Virus record (IMG/VR): IMGVR_UViG_3300042892_005961
Location: 1-64,000 of that record
Direction: 5' to 3' (one strand)
DNA length: 64,000 nt
Shown here: one piece after another, positions 36,315 to 45,875 of the stretch
Layout of the letters: each line of letters opens with the position of its first letter
Position numbering within the stretch: position 1 is the stretch's first letter
The notes under the pieces: model-generated
Seen by the model: the letters and a program-made list of their open reading frames with translations, nothing else
Databases searched by the model: none
Told to the model about the DNA's origin: nothing
Position numbers and translations under genes: made by a program

Positions 36315-36945
36315 ATATTATTTTCTTATAATTACCATTTATTTTACTTAATAAAATTTCAGATAACTGTTTTTGTCCCTTTTCACTAAAATGTGCGTCT
36401 TTTATAACACCATTGGTTTCGTTTGTAATTTGTTCAATATCCTTAACAAAAATACCATCTATTTTACCTTGATTAAATGTTGACCAATTAATAACTTTAA
36501 AATTTTTTACGGTTTTTTTAATAAAATTAATCCATATATTGATCTCACTAATATAAACATCAGATAACCTATTAACACATAATTCCATTATTGTTTGATT
36601 ACTAATGTTTTCCATATCTGTATAATTATTTTCATGATTTGGAACAAAAGAATTCCATGAGTTATTTTTAGTTGCTAATCTAAATCTACCAATATCAGAC
36701 CAACCTATTATTACAATATCTCCGTCTTTGATGTTATCTATGTTTTTAATAAATGATTCAAATATTGTGTTATTATCTGATCCACCCTTACCTAAATTAA
36801 TTAGATTGTAATTTAATTTTTTAGATATAATTTCACCATATGTTAATGGAATGTAACCTTTCCATTCAACATATTTTTTCGCCCATATGTTATCAGATCT
36901 AAATCCATCGGTTAAACTATCTCCAAATGTCCATACTGTATTCAT
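36313..36945 (-). CDS. SGNH/GDSL-like protein
   Basis: FGDSLT, GKGGSDN, DAHFSEKGQ; ends KKII. Confidence 0.7.
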   Translation of the reverse strand: MNTVWTFGDSLTDGFRSDNIWAKKYVEWKGYIPLTYGEIISKKLNYNLINLGKGGSDNNTIFESFIKNIDNIKDGDIVIIGWSDIGRFRLATKNNSWNSFVPNHENNYTDMENISNQTIMELCVNRLSDVYISEINIWINFIKKTVKNFKVINWSTFNQGKIDGIFVKDIEQITNETNGVIKDAHFSEKGQKQLSEILLSKINGNYKKII

Positions 36946-36948
36946 CTA

Positions 36949-37131
36949 TTATGATGGTCTTTTTGTGGTTATAAAAACCTCCATTGGAATATCAATTTCA
37001 GGTACTTCTGGTGTTACATATATTTCTAATCCAACACATTCTCCATCATTATAGAGGGGATGTAAACTAAAATGTTCTATATCATACCCTAATGTTTTTT
37101 CTATCTGTTCTTTTTTAATCTCTATTTTCAT
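36949..37131 (-). CDS. hypothetical protein
   Basis: 60-aa ORF. Confidence 0.55.
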   Translation of the reverse strand: MKIEIKKEQIEKTLGYDIEHFSLHPLYNDGECVGLEIYVTPEVPEIDIPMEVFITTKRPS

Positions 37132-37315
37132 TAATTTTCTGTATTTGAAATCCTATCATGTAGGTTAACCATCTTATTGTTAAACCCCACGAAGGTGAAG
37201 TTTTACCATCATCATAATAAGATTCTTTATCATAATAAAATATGACGGCAGGGATAATATACCAATGATGTTTCTTATTGTAAATAAAAAAATCTTTATA
37301 ATAATTCTTTAACAT
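37115..37315 (-). CDS. hypothetical protein
   Basis: 66-aa ORF. Confidence 0.55.
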   Translation of the reverse strand: MLKNYYKDFFIYNKKHHWYIIPAVIFYYDKESYYDDGKTSPSWGLTIRWLTYMIGFQIQKINENRD

Positions 37316-37319
37316 AAAA

Positions 37320-37886
37320 TTAAATTGATTCGTATTCTATATCACCATAATCATAATATTCACTATCATCATTATGTTTTATACCTACTTGGTCTTCGTC
37401 CTGTTCTAACATTTTGATAGCTTCACACGCACTTATCGCCGTTACGGTGTATGTCCACGATTCGGTTAATGATCTTTCGGCCTTAATTTCCCATTCTTGT
37501 TCTTCAGCATCTTCGTCATCATCGCAATTATCAGTATCAACAACAACTTTTTCTTTCACTAGTGGTCTTTGGAATGTATCAATTGCTTTCATTAATTCAT
37601 TTCTTAATTCAATTAATTTTTTCAATTCTGTTATTGAAAAATCAACGCTAATGATACTACCATTAAATCTAATATCAACTTTATCTCCGTAATCGTATAT
37701 ACTATAATCACCCAATACCCCAAAATCAATTTCACTTTCCTTTGGGGTCATATAATTTATTGACCATTCATCAGGATTTGTATCCTTCATTTCTTTATAT
37801 TCAGCCTCCAAATTTTTTAATTCGAGAACCGCAGTGGAATATCTTTTCTCAAATTCCTTCTGCCATTTTTTTGTAAACTTTGACAT
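37320..37886 (-). CDS. hypothetical acidic protein
   Basis: 188-aa ORF. Confidence 0.6.
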   Translation of the reverse strand: MSKFTKKWQKEFEKRYSTAVLELKNLEAEYKEMKDTNPDEWSINYMTPKESEIDFGVLGDYSIYDYGDKVDIRFNGSIISVDFSITELKKLIELRNELMKAIDTFQRPLVKEKVVVDTDNCDDDEDAEEQEWEIKAERSLTESWTYTVTAISACEAIKMLEQDEDQVGIKHNDDSEYYDYGDIEYESI

Positions 37887-37887
37887 A

Positions 37888-38067
37888 TTATTTCTTTTTA
37901 GGTTTTCTAATGTAATCTAATACTAAATTGAATGAACCGAGGCTAATCACCCCCCATCCAAAGTATTTTACCAATTCAGGATCCGCACCTTTAAGTCCGT
38001 ATTTCTCAACCAATATCCCCGTTAGTATCATCATTATGTAGATGATCTCTTTGATTTTTATTTGCAT
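37888..38067 (-). CDS. small membrane protein (59 aa)
   Basis: Hand-translated MQIKIKEIIYIMMILTGILVEKYG... Confidence 0.45.
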   Translation of the reverse strand: MQIKIKEIIYIMMILTGILVEKYGLKGADPELVKYFGWGVISLGSFNLVLDYIRKPKKK

Positions 38068-38257
38068 CGTCTTTTAATTTTTTTAAACATTTATAAATAA
38101 AATACGTTTCTTGCACCGTATATAAATTATTATGATGACCATATTCAAGAGCCTTTTCAATAATTGAAAGTGCGTTTTTTTCATTGATGTCTTTAACAAA
38201 TTCATCAAAGTCATTTTCAGTATTAAATTCTATTAAACCTCCGAATATACTTTCCAT
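38006..38257 (-). CDS. hypothetical protein
   Basis: 83-aa ORF with a promoter directly upstream. Confidence 0.6.
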   Translation of the reverse strand: MESIFGGLIEFNTENDFDEFVKDINEKNALSIIEKALEYGHHNNLYTVQETYFIYKCLKKLKDDANKNQRDHLHNDDTNGDIG

Positions 38258-38261
38258 AGTT

Positions 38262-38293
38262 CAAATATAATAATATATTTTGATAATTCCAAA
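38262..38293 (-). promoter_or_regulatory. Bacteroidota-type promoter (TTTG-N20-TATATTTG)
   Basis: Consensus match 4 nt upstream of ATG. Confidence 0.7.
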
Positions 38294-38304
38294 TAATTAT
38301 AGTT

Positions 38305-38670
38305 ATGTCAGTTCACATTAATAACAAAACATTCCCCGCCGAATACTTATCCACACCTGAGGATATTGAAAGAGGTATGATGGGTAGAGAAGAATTAAAC
38401 GGTTGTATGGTATTCAAAATGGGTAGAGGTCATCATTCGTTTTGGATGAAGAACTGTTTAATCCCATTAGATATCGTTTTTATCCTCAATAAACACATCA
38501 GTCATATTCATCGTAATTGTCCCGTTGAAGATCCTCATCGTATGACCTTACCCCGTTACACAGGTATTGGTGACCATGTAATTGAATTCCCTGCCGGTTC
38601 CACCGATGGATGGAAAATTGGTGACAAAGTTGCTATGTATTTGGGATCTCCTCAGAATCCAGTTCAATAA
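38305..38670 (+). CDS. DUF192-family protein
   Basis: RGMMGR, FWMKNCLIPLDIVF, VIEFPAG...IGD. Confidence 0.88.
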   Translation: MSVHINNKTFPAEYLSTPEDIERGMMGREELNGCMVFKMGRGHHSFWMKNCLIPLDIVFILNKHISHIHRNCPVEDPHRMTLPRYTGIGDHVIEFPAGSTDGWKIGDKVAMYLGSPQNPVQ

Positions 38671-39322
38671 GTGGGGTTAGAAAATTATACTTAACCCTTG
38701 GTTTCACTTTCTCAAACACCCAATAATAACTGTGGTATTTCCTTGCATGTTCTTGTTTAGTCCATTTAGTTCCGAAACTGTTGATCCTCACCTTGTTATG
38801 TAGGATAAACATATCTCTTGGATAAAATCCTATCTCCATTGCCATATTCATAATAAGACAATGAGTAAAGTGATTCTTACCACCTGATACTGTGTCCTGA
38901 CATTTCATTACTACATACCCACCTTTCTCACATACCCGATATAATTCCTTTAATGTATTGTAATAATTTTCAGTTAATTCTTTATAGTTGGTATAACCCT
39001 CAAATCTTTTCGCAATGATTGAACTACCCTCTTTATTGTTCTTATAGGATGCACCCGCCACAACGAATGGAGGATCGTACATAATGGTTCTCATTGACCC
39101 GTCCTCAAATGGTAAGTTCTCAGAATTAGCCTCAACTACTGTATCGTTTGCTGGTATCAAATCTGTCTTATAAACGGGTCCAGGTAGGTCTTTCCAAAAA
39201 CTACCCTTAGAATATGTACAGTCTAAATCAAACCTTTCTATGTTATAGAGGTGCATTATGTTTGTAATCACGTCGTAGTTTGAGGTGTAGACACTTTTCA
39301 CCATTTTGAAATCCTTATCCAT
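38633..39322 (-). CDS. amino (N6A/N4C)-type DNA methyltransferase-like protein
   Basis: LDCTYSKGSFW SAM-binding-like motif, YDPPF catalytic motif, ELYRVC..GG...KCQD. Confidence 0.75.
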   Translation of the reverse strand: MDKDFKMVKSVYTSNYDVITNIMHLYNIERFDLDCTYSKGSFWKDLPGPVYKTDLIPANDTVVEANSENLPFEDGSMRTIMYDPPFVVAGASYKNNKEGSSIIAKRFEGYTNYKELTENYYNTLKELYRVCEKGGYVVMKCQDTVSGGKNHFTHCLIMNMAMEIGFYPRDMFILHNKVRINSFGTKWTKQEHARKYHSYYWVFEKVKPRVKYNFLTPLIELDSEEIPNT

Positions 39323-39323
39323 T

Positions 39324-39998
39324 TTATATTATATTTTTTAATTGTAGGTTTATAAATTCTTCAAATATTTGTTTGTGTTCTTCCGATCCATAATGTCCGT
39401 TACCCGGTATTCCTTTGATATTATTATCATTTATAAAATTATTAACCGACCCTTTTAGTATATTCATTTTATCTAATATATTACCATATCCTATTTCATT
39501 TGCAAGTGATTGTAAATCAATGTACCAACTAAAAATAATCAACTTTACACCATAAAAATTACATATATATTGAATTGACATTAAAGTATGGAATATTTTA
39601 TATTTTTGATTCAAATCTGAAGTTAGTACATGTTTTTTAAAGAAATCATGTATGTGATAGTCCTTTTTAAAATGATTTTTAAGTTCGTTGTCGTCGTTTG
39701 ATAACCTAATTGTGTAATGTCTCAAATCACCTAATTCTTTATCTCTACTATCCCATTCATAATCAACATTATCAATACCAAAATCAAATCTAGATGGGTC
39801 GGTAAGCTGTAAAATAAAGGTTTTCATATCAGGATAACGATTTATTAACATTTTAACCTTCTCAATGTTGATTTCATTACCTGAACCTGAGGAGGCTCCA
39901 AATTTAATATCTGCACCGTATTCTTGACCTAAATAATAATGCCACGGGTGTCCGTAAGTGTCAGAAGAATGGGAACAACCCTGAACACCTATTTTCAT
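39324..39998 (-). CDS. SGNH/GDSL-like protein
   Basis: QGCSHS, GSGNE, GHYGSEEH; ends KNII. Confidence 0.65.
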   Translation of the reverse strand: MKIGVQGCSHSSDTYGHPWHYYLGQEYGADIKFGASSGSGNEINIEKVKMLINRYPDMKTFILQLTDPSRFDFGIDNVDYEWDSRDKELGDLRHYTIRLSNDDNELKNHFKKDYHIHDFFKKHVLTSDLNQKYKIFHTLMSIQYICNFYGVKLIIFSWYIDLQSLANEIGYGNILDKMNILKGSVNNFINDNNIKGIPGNGHYGSEEHKQIFEEFINLQLKNII

Positions 39999-40091
39999 AT
40001 TTTTTATTGATTTTAAGAATTATTTTCTGTATTATTAAAATATAAGAAATAAAAAACAATAAACCAAAATATTTATAAAAAAAGAAATACT

Positions 40092-40262
40092 ATGGGATGC
40101 GGATGTAAAAAAAACAAGAACACAGAAGTGGTTTCACAACCAACAGAAATTAAGGTTAGTTTAGACGAAGCTCAGATTACTAACCAAACTCCAACGTTGA
40201 CTGAAGAACAACAAAAAACAGTTGACGCGATTGTTGCGAAATTAAATCAACTTAATTCGTAA
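40092..40262 (+). CDS. small protein starting MGCGCK (56 aa)
   Basis: Hand-translated; TATTTAT at 40070-40076. Confidence 0.65.
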   Translation: MGCGCKKNKNTEVVSQPTEIKVSLDEAQITNQTPTLTEEQQKTVDAIVAKLNQLNS

Positions 40263-40352
40263 TATCCTCAACATTAATGATAATCAAAAATATCGTCTTA
40301 ATTGATGATATTTTTTTGGTTATCTAATATATCAATAAATATATATTTGAAT

Positions 40353-40550
40353 ATGAAAGTAGAAAAAAAATTAACGAGTGTCCATGTATTGGAAGACGTT
40401 TACAGAAAATTTAAAATAAATGCAATTGATGGTAATATTAATTTACAAAAGTTAGTTAATCGTACGTTAGATCTTTATGTTAAAGATGATGTGTTTAGAA
40501 ATAAAATAAATAACTACACAGATTTATCTGTGAGTGGATCAAAATATTAA
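40353..40550 (+). CDS. RHH-like small regulator
   Basis: KLTSVHV strand plus NLQKLVNRTLDLY helix; heads the glycosylation operon; TATATTTG just upstream. Confidence 0.6.
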   Translation: MKVEKKLTSVHVLEDVYRKFKINAIDGNINLQKLVNRTLDLYVKDDVFRNKINNYTDLSVSGSKY

Positions 40551-40551
40551 T

Positions 40552-41913
40552 ATGGGTAAACCAAGAATATTATTACTATCAGATGATTTACGAATGACAT
40601 CAGGTATTTCCACAATGTCTAGAGAATTTGTAATGGGTACTTTGGATAGATTTAATTGGGTTCAATTGGGTGCTGGAATTAATCATCATGAAGCTGGTAA
40701 ATTTGTTGACGTTAACGAAGATGCTAGACAAAAGACAGGAGTTAAAGATGCTGAATTAAAAATTATACCATATAATTCATATGGTGATATTGTAATGTTA
40801 AGAAAGATATTATCAGAAATGAAAATAGATGCTATCTTACATTTTACTGATCCCCATTATTGGCAATGGTTATATGACTCCGAACATGAAATAAGACAAC
40901 AAGTCCCAATTTTATATTATCATATATGGGACAATTTACCTGACCCAATGTATAATAAAGATTACTACGAAAGTTGTGATTGGTTAGGATGTATCTCTAA
41001 ATTAACATATGGTATTGTTAATCGTGTTGGTAAAATGGAAGATGAGTTTCGTAAACCATTACAAGATTGGCAAATTAGTTATGTTCCTCATGGAATAAAT
41101 CCAGATACATTTAAACCATTAGAAGATAAAGAATTGATTGATGTTAAAAAGGGTTTATTCGGTGATAAAGAATATGACTTTGTTTTATTTTTTAACAGTA
41201 GAAATATTCGTAGAAAACAACCTTCAGATGTTATTGAATCATTTAAATTATTTTGTGATAAGTTAACCAAAGAACAATCAGACAAATGTGTTTTAGTTAT
41301 GCATACAACTCCGATTGATAACAATGGTACAGATTTATATGCGGTTAGAGATAAAATATGTCCTAATTATGATGTGGTCTTCTCAACCAATAAAATAGAA
41401 AGTGATATTTTAAATAAATTATATAATATCGCCGATTGTACAATTAACATTGCAAATAATGAAGGATTTGGTTTAGGTACCGCCGAAAGTATTATGGCTG
41501 GCACACCCATCATTGTAAGTGTAACAGGTGGTTTACAAGATCAATGTGGTTTTAATTACACTGCAGATGATTACATCAATATTAAAACTTTACACAATAA
41601 ACAAATTCATAAAGATACACCTCACGGTGTGTGGGCTAAACCGATATGGCCTTCCGCAATTAACATTAATGGTTCTCCATTAACACCTTACATTTATGAT
41701 GATAGAGTTAATGATGAAGAAGTTGCTGATGCTATTACTGAAATGTATTTGTTAGGTAAAGAAAAAAGAAAAGAGAATGGTCAAGTGGGAAGAGAGTGGG
41801 CAATCAATAACTTATCGTCAAAAGTTATGTGTGATGCTATGAGTGAAGGAATACAAAAAACAATAAAGAATTTTACACCACGTGAAAGATTTAATTTATA
41901 TAAAGTAGTTTAA
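40552..41913 (+). CDS. GT4 (GT-B) glycosyltransferase
   Basis: VPHGIN, RNIRRKQ, NEGFGLGTAESIMAGTPII. Confidence 0.88.
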   Translation: MGKPRILLLSDDLRMTSGISTMSREFVMGTLDRFNWVQLGAGINHHEAGKFVDVNEDARQKTGVKDAELKIIPYNSYGDIVMLRKILSEMKIDAILHFTDPHYWQWLYDSEHEIRQQVPILYYHIWDNLPDPMYNKDYYESCDWLGCISKLTYGIVNRVGKMEDEFRKPLQDWQISYVPHGINPDTFKPLEDKELIDVKKGLFGDKEYDFVLFFNSRNIRRKQPSDVIESFKLFCDKLTKEQSDKCVLVMHTTPIDNNGTDLYAVRDKICPNYDVVFSTNKIESDILNKLYNIADCTINIANNEGFGLGTAESIMAGTPIIVSVTGGLQDQCGFNYTADDYINIKTLHNKQIHKDTPHGVWAKPIWPSAININGSPLTPYIYDDRVNDEEVADAITEMYLLGKEKRKENGQVGREWAINNLSSKVMCDAMSEGIQKTIKNFTPRERFNLYKVV

Positions 41914-43175
41914 TGAAACCAACAATATTATTTAGAGGACCAGTTAAAACAAGAAGTGGTTATGGTTCACACTCAAGAGATTTATTAGAGGCACTATATC
42001 AAATGAATATATTTGATATTAAAATTGATAGTTGTATGTGGGGGAATACTCCCATGACTGCTTTGGAACCGGATAATACATTTCATAAATGGATTGAAAG
42101 TAATATCGTTTATAAATTTGACGGTCTACCTGATATCTATATACAAGTAACGGTACCTAATGAATTTAAAAGATTTGGTAAATTTAATATAGGTATCACC
42201 GCAGGAATTGAAACAACTGTTGCACCTAAAGATTGGATTGATGGTTGTAATCAAATGGATTTAATAATTACAACATCTAATTTTTCTAAAGATGTTTTAT
42301 TATCTACAGTTTATGATGAAAGAAATAAAACAACAAATGAATTAACTAATCAACATAAGATAACAAAACCAATTGAAGTGTTATTTGAAGGTGTTGATAC
42401 ATCAATCTTTAATGATGTAATCAATAAAGATTTTAAATTAGATATTAAAGAAAACTTCGCATTTTTATTTGTTGGTCATTGGTTAAAGGGAAACATAGGT
42501 CAAGACAGGAAAGACATTGGTATGTTGATTAAATGTTTTGTTGAGGCATTTAAGGATGGTAATGATATGCCGGCGTTGGTATTAAAAACATCATCATCAA
42601 GTTTTTCAATTAAAGAAAGAGAAGTTTTTACTAAAAGAATAAAAGATATTGTTTCTGATATTAAAAATCCTCCGTCAATTTATTTATTATTTGGTGATTT
42701 AAGTAATAAAGAAATGAATGATCTATATAACCATCCAAAAATTAAACTAATGGTTTCACTAACTAAAGGTGAGGGATTTGGTAGACCTTTATTAGAATTT
42801 ACAATGACTGGTAAACCTGTAATGGCTTCCAATTGGTCGGGTCATAAAGATTTTTTATCTGTTGATAAATCAATTATGATTGGTGGTAAATTAACAGATG
42901 TTGACGATAGTGCAATTGATCAGTTTATTATTAAAGGATCTAAATGGTTTACCGCAAATTATGGTGAAGTTGCTGAAATTATGAAAATAGCTAGAAACGA
43001 TTATAGTAATTTCTTACTAAAATCTTTAAAACTTAAAGAAGAGAATAAACAAAACTTTTCTTTAGAAAAAATGAAAGAACGTTTTGAGGAGATATTAAAA
43101 CCATATTCAATTGCGTTTCAACCTCCTCCACAACAAACCAAATTAATTTTACCTAAATTAAATAAAGTTAAATAA
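41913..43175 (+). CDS. GT4 (GT-B) glycosyltransferase
   Basis: SGYGSHSR, DRKDI, GEGFGRPLLEF, WSGHKDF. Confidence 0.88.
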   Translation: MKPTILFRGPVKTRSGYGSHSRDLLEALYQMNIFDIKIDSCMWGNTPMTALEPDNTFHKWIESNIVYKFDGLPDIYIQVTVPNEFKRFGKFNIGITAGIETTVAPKDWIDGCNQMDLIITTSNFSKDVLLSTVYDERNKTTNELTNQHKITKPIEVLFEGVDTSIFNDVINKDFKLDIKENFAFLFVGHWLKGNIGQDRKDIGMLIKCFVEAFKDGNDMPALVLKTSSSSFSIKEREVFTKRIKDIVSDIKNPPSIYLLFGDLSNKEMNDLYNHPKIKLMVSLTKGEGFGRPLLEFTMTGKPVMASNWSGHKDFLSVDKSIMIGGKLTDVDDSAIDQFIIKGSKWFTANYGEVAEIMKIARNDYSNFLLKSLKLKEENKQNFSLEKMKERFEEILKPYSIAFQPPPQQTKLILPKLNKVK

Positions 43176-43405
43176 TGAACTTCAAATTTTTTAAAGGTGA
43201 TGAAACACCTACATTATGTTTTACACCTCATAGATATGAACCAGAAAATGCTGAATTTTGTTTTCAATTTGGTGATGAAGAACCCGTTGTTTTCGCTTCG
43301 GGTCCAAATGATTGTAGTATTCGTTTAAGTCCAACGAGTAATACTGAAATGACGTTTAATGATAATGGTAGAGTATTTAAATTATTCGCAAGAGAAAGAC
43401 AATAA
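43175..43405 (+). CDS. hypothetical protein, N-terminal FKFF motif
   Basis: Starts MNFKFFKG. Confidence 0.65.
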   Translation: MNFKFFKGDETPTLCFTPHRYEPENAEFCFQFGDEEPVVFASGPNDCSIRLSPTSNTEMTFNDNGRVFKLFARERQ

Positions 43406-43406
43406 T

Positions 43407-43649
43407 ATGGGAGTTAGAGAGTTTAGATTTTTTCACGGGATCACAATTCAATCGGAAGGTATTCAAAATATCGTTAGAACACTACGTGCTCAATGGAGAC
43501 CTGAGTTGGTTGATGATTTAAATACTGTTTACTCAATTGATGCTGAGGCAGAATTAACAAGATTAATGTCGGAACAAATTGTGGAAGAAATTGACAACGA
43601 AGTAATAAATATATTAACGGGAAGAATAAACGGAGGACAAAGAGCATAA
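43407..43649 (+). CDS. FRFF-motif miniprotein containing a T4-like major capsid protein fragment
   Basis: MGVREFRFFHG then RTLRAQWRPELVDDLNTVYSIDAEAELTRLMSEQIVEEIDNEVI, recognisably gp23-like. Confidence 0.7.
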   Translation: MGVREFRFFHGITIQSEGIQNIVRTLRAQWRPELVDDLNTVYSIDAEAELTRLMSEQIVEEIDNEVINILTGRINGGQRA

Positions 43650-43650
43650 T

Positions 43651-44271
43651 ATGAAAATAAGTTTTGCAATTACAGTTTGTAATGAATTAGAGGAAATAAA
43701 AAAATTGGTTTCATTTTTATTTAAACATAAAAGAAAGGAAGACGAGATTGTTATTCTCTATGATGAGAAGAACGGCAATCCCGAAATATTAGATTTCTTA
43801 TTACCATATAATAAATTCCCTCACGTTCAAACGTGGAGAGGGTTTGATTTTGAAAGTAACTTTGCAGATTGGAAAAATAAATTAAATGACTACTGTCAGG
43901 GAGATTATATCTATCAAATAGATGCCGATGAAATGGTTAGTGAATATATAGTTAAAAATCTTAATCAAATATTAGAATTAAATCCAAAGGTTGATTTAAT
44001 ATTTGTTCCTCGTATTAATACAGTTAATGGTATAACACAAGAACACATTAATAAATGGGGTTGGAATGTTAATGAAAAAGGATGGGTAAACTTTCCCGAT
44101 GCTCAAGGACGAATATATCGTAAAGGTATGAGTTGGTATGGTAAGGTTCACGAACGAATAATAGGTGGTCAAAAATTTTCATCATTACCTTTAGATGAAG
44201 AATATTGTATACAACACCATAAGACGATTGATCGTCAAGAAAAACAAAACAATTACTATAGTTCATTATGA
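43651..44271 (+). CDS. GT2 glycosyltransferase
   Basis: ISFAITVCNE, NFADWKN, QIDADE, VHE. Confidence 0.88.
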   Translation: MKISFAITVCNELEEIKKLVSFLFKHKRKEDEIVILYDEKNGNPEILDFLLPYNKFPHVQTWRGFDFESNFADWKNKLNDYCQGDYIYQIDADEMVSEYIVKNLNQILELNPKVDLIFVPRINTVNGITQEHINKWGWNVNEKGWVNFPDAQGRIYRKGMSWYGKVHERIIGGQKFSSLPLDEEYCIQHHKTIDRQEKQNNYYSSL

Positions 44272-44882
44272 GTTATCAATACCCAAAACATTTTAAGTAC
44301 CCAGAAGGAGAACGTTATTTCTTTTTAAATCATGTAGATTCATGGAAACATTTCTTACCTAACTATGGTGATGAACCAAGAGTGTGTTTAGAGATAGGTG
44401 CATTGTATGGTGGATCTTCAGTTTATATTTTAGATGAATTCTGTAAAAAAGAAGGTTCACATCATTATATAATGGATATCAATACAAATGAATTTATTGA
44501 AAATAATATTAAACCATATAAAGATAAGGTAACATATATTTTAGGTGAATCGGCCGATAGTTTTAAAACATTTAACCATAATGGTGAAACTAAAGAGTTT
44601 TTAGACTTTGTTTACATAGATGGTAATCATATGTGTAAATATGTTTTAGAAGATGCTGTAAATGCATTTTACTGTTTGAAAGATTATGGTTATATTATCT
44701 TTGATGATTACGGTGGAGGACTTGAACAAGATCAATATTTACAAGTTAAAACTGGTGCTGACGCGTTTTATCATGGATATCACAAATATTTAGAAATAGT
44801 GTATAACGGTTATCAAGTCATTATGAAAAAAATAAATTATATAAATGAAAATGATTTAAAAGAAAATTATTATAAAGTATGA
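44268..44882 (+). CDS. class I SAM methyltransferase (Methyltransf_24-like)
   Basis: LEIGALYGGS, DFVYIDGNH, IIFDDY. Confidence 0.85.
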   Translation: MSYQYPKHFKYPEGERYFFLNHVDSWKHFLPNYGDEPRVCLEIGALYGGSSVYILDEFCKKEGSHHYIMDINTNEFIENNIKPYKDKVTYILGESADSFKTFNHNGETKEFLDFVYIDGNHMCKYVLEDAVNAFYCLKDYGYIIFDDYGGGLEQDQYLQVKTGADAFYHGYHKYLEIVYNGYQVIMKKINYINENDLKENYYKV

Positions 44883-45874
44883 AAATATTAATTACAGGAG
44901 TTGCGGGATTGTTAGGTTCAAGATTATCGGATTACATTATTGAAAATCATTCAGATGTTTATATCGTTGGTATTGATGATATGAGTGGTGGATATAGGGA
45001 GAATGTTAATCCAAAGGTTGAGTTATGGGAAATGAATTTAGTTAATGGTAATATTAGTGAATGTTTTGAAAGACATCAATTTGATTATGTTTACCATTTC
45101 GCAGCATATGCCGCTGAGGGATTATCCCCATTCATTAGAACATATAACTATCAAAACAATTTAGTTGCAACGTCGCGCATTATTACACAATGTATTAAAC
45201 ACAATATTAAAAGATTAGTATTCACGTCTACATTGGCGGTATATGGTCACCAGGATGGTAATATATTTGACGAAATTCAAGTACCTAAGCCTATTGACCC
45301 GTACGGTGTTGCTAAATATGGTTGTGAAATGGATATACAGATTGCTGGTGAGCAACATGGACTTGATTGGTGTATTATTAGACCACACAACGTTTACGGT
45401 GTTAAACAGAACGTATGGGACAAATATAGAAACGTATTAGGTATATGGATGTATCAACATACAATCAACGAACCTATGACAATATTTGGTGACGGTACAC
45501 AAACAAGAGCTTTCAGTTATATTGATGACAGTCTTGAACCATTATGGAAAGCATCTCAAGATATTAGAGCATCAAAAGAAATAATTAACTTAGGTGGTGT
45601 TAAAGAATACTCAATAAACGAAGCTAATGAAATTTTACGTGAAGTAGTTGGTGGAGGTGAGGTAAAATATTTTGAAGGTAGACATGAAGTGAAACACTCA
45701 ATACCTACTTGGCAAAAATCAATTGACTTATTAGACTTTGAACATAAAACAGATTTGAAGGAAGGTTTAACTAAAATGTGGGAGTGGGTTAAAAGTCAAC
45801 CAGTTAGAGAGAGGTTCGTGTGGCCGTTCTACGAATTAGATAAAGGAATTTATTCATTTTGGAAAACAAAGTAA
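44879..45874 (+). CDS. NAD-dependent nucleotide-sugar epimerase/dehydratase
   Basis: ITGVAGLLG, YGVAK, RPHNVYG, GDGTQTRAFSYIDD. Confidence 0.92.
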   Translation: MKILITGVAGLLGSRLSDYIIENHSDVYIVGIDDMSGGYRENVNPKVELWEMNLVNGNISECFERHQFDYVYHFAAYAAEGLSPFIRTYNYQNNLVATSRIITQCIKHNIKRLVFTSTLAVYGHQDGNIFDEIQVPKPIDPYGVAKYGCEMDIQIAGEQHGLDWCIIRPHNVYGVKQNVWDKYRNVLGIWMYQHTINEPMTIFGDGTQTRAFSYIDDSLEPLWKASQDIRASKEIINLGGVKEYSINEANEILREVVGGGEVKYFEGRHEVKHSIPTWQKSIDLLDFEHKTDLKEGLTKMWEWVKSQPVRERFVWPFYELDKGIYSFWKTK

Positions 45875-45875
45875 T

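Noticed and set aside
40092-40110. MGCGC as a eukaryotic myristoylation/palmitoylation signal, implying a giant eukaryotic virus
   Set aside because: Bacterial promoters, terminators, overlapping operons, a PG hydrolase and an S74 tail fibre all indicate a bacteriophage.
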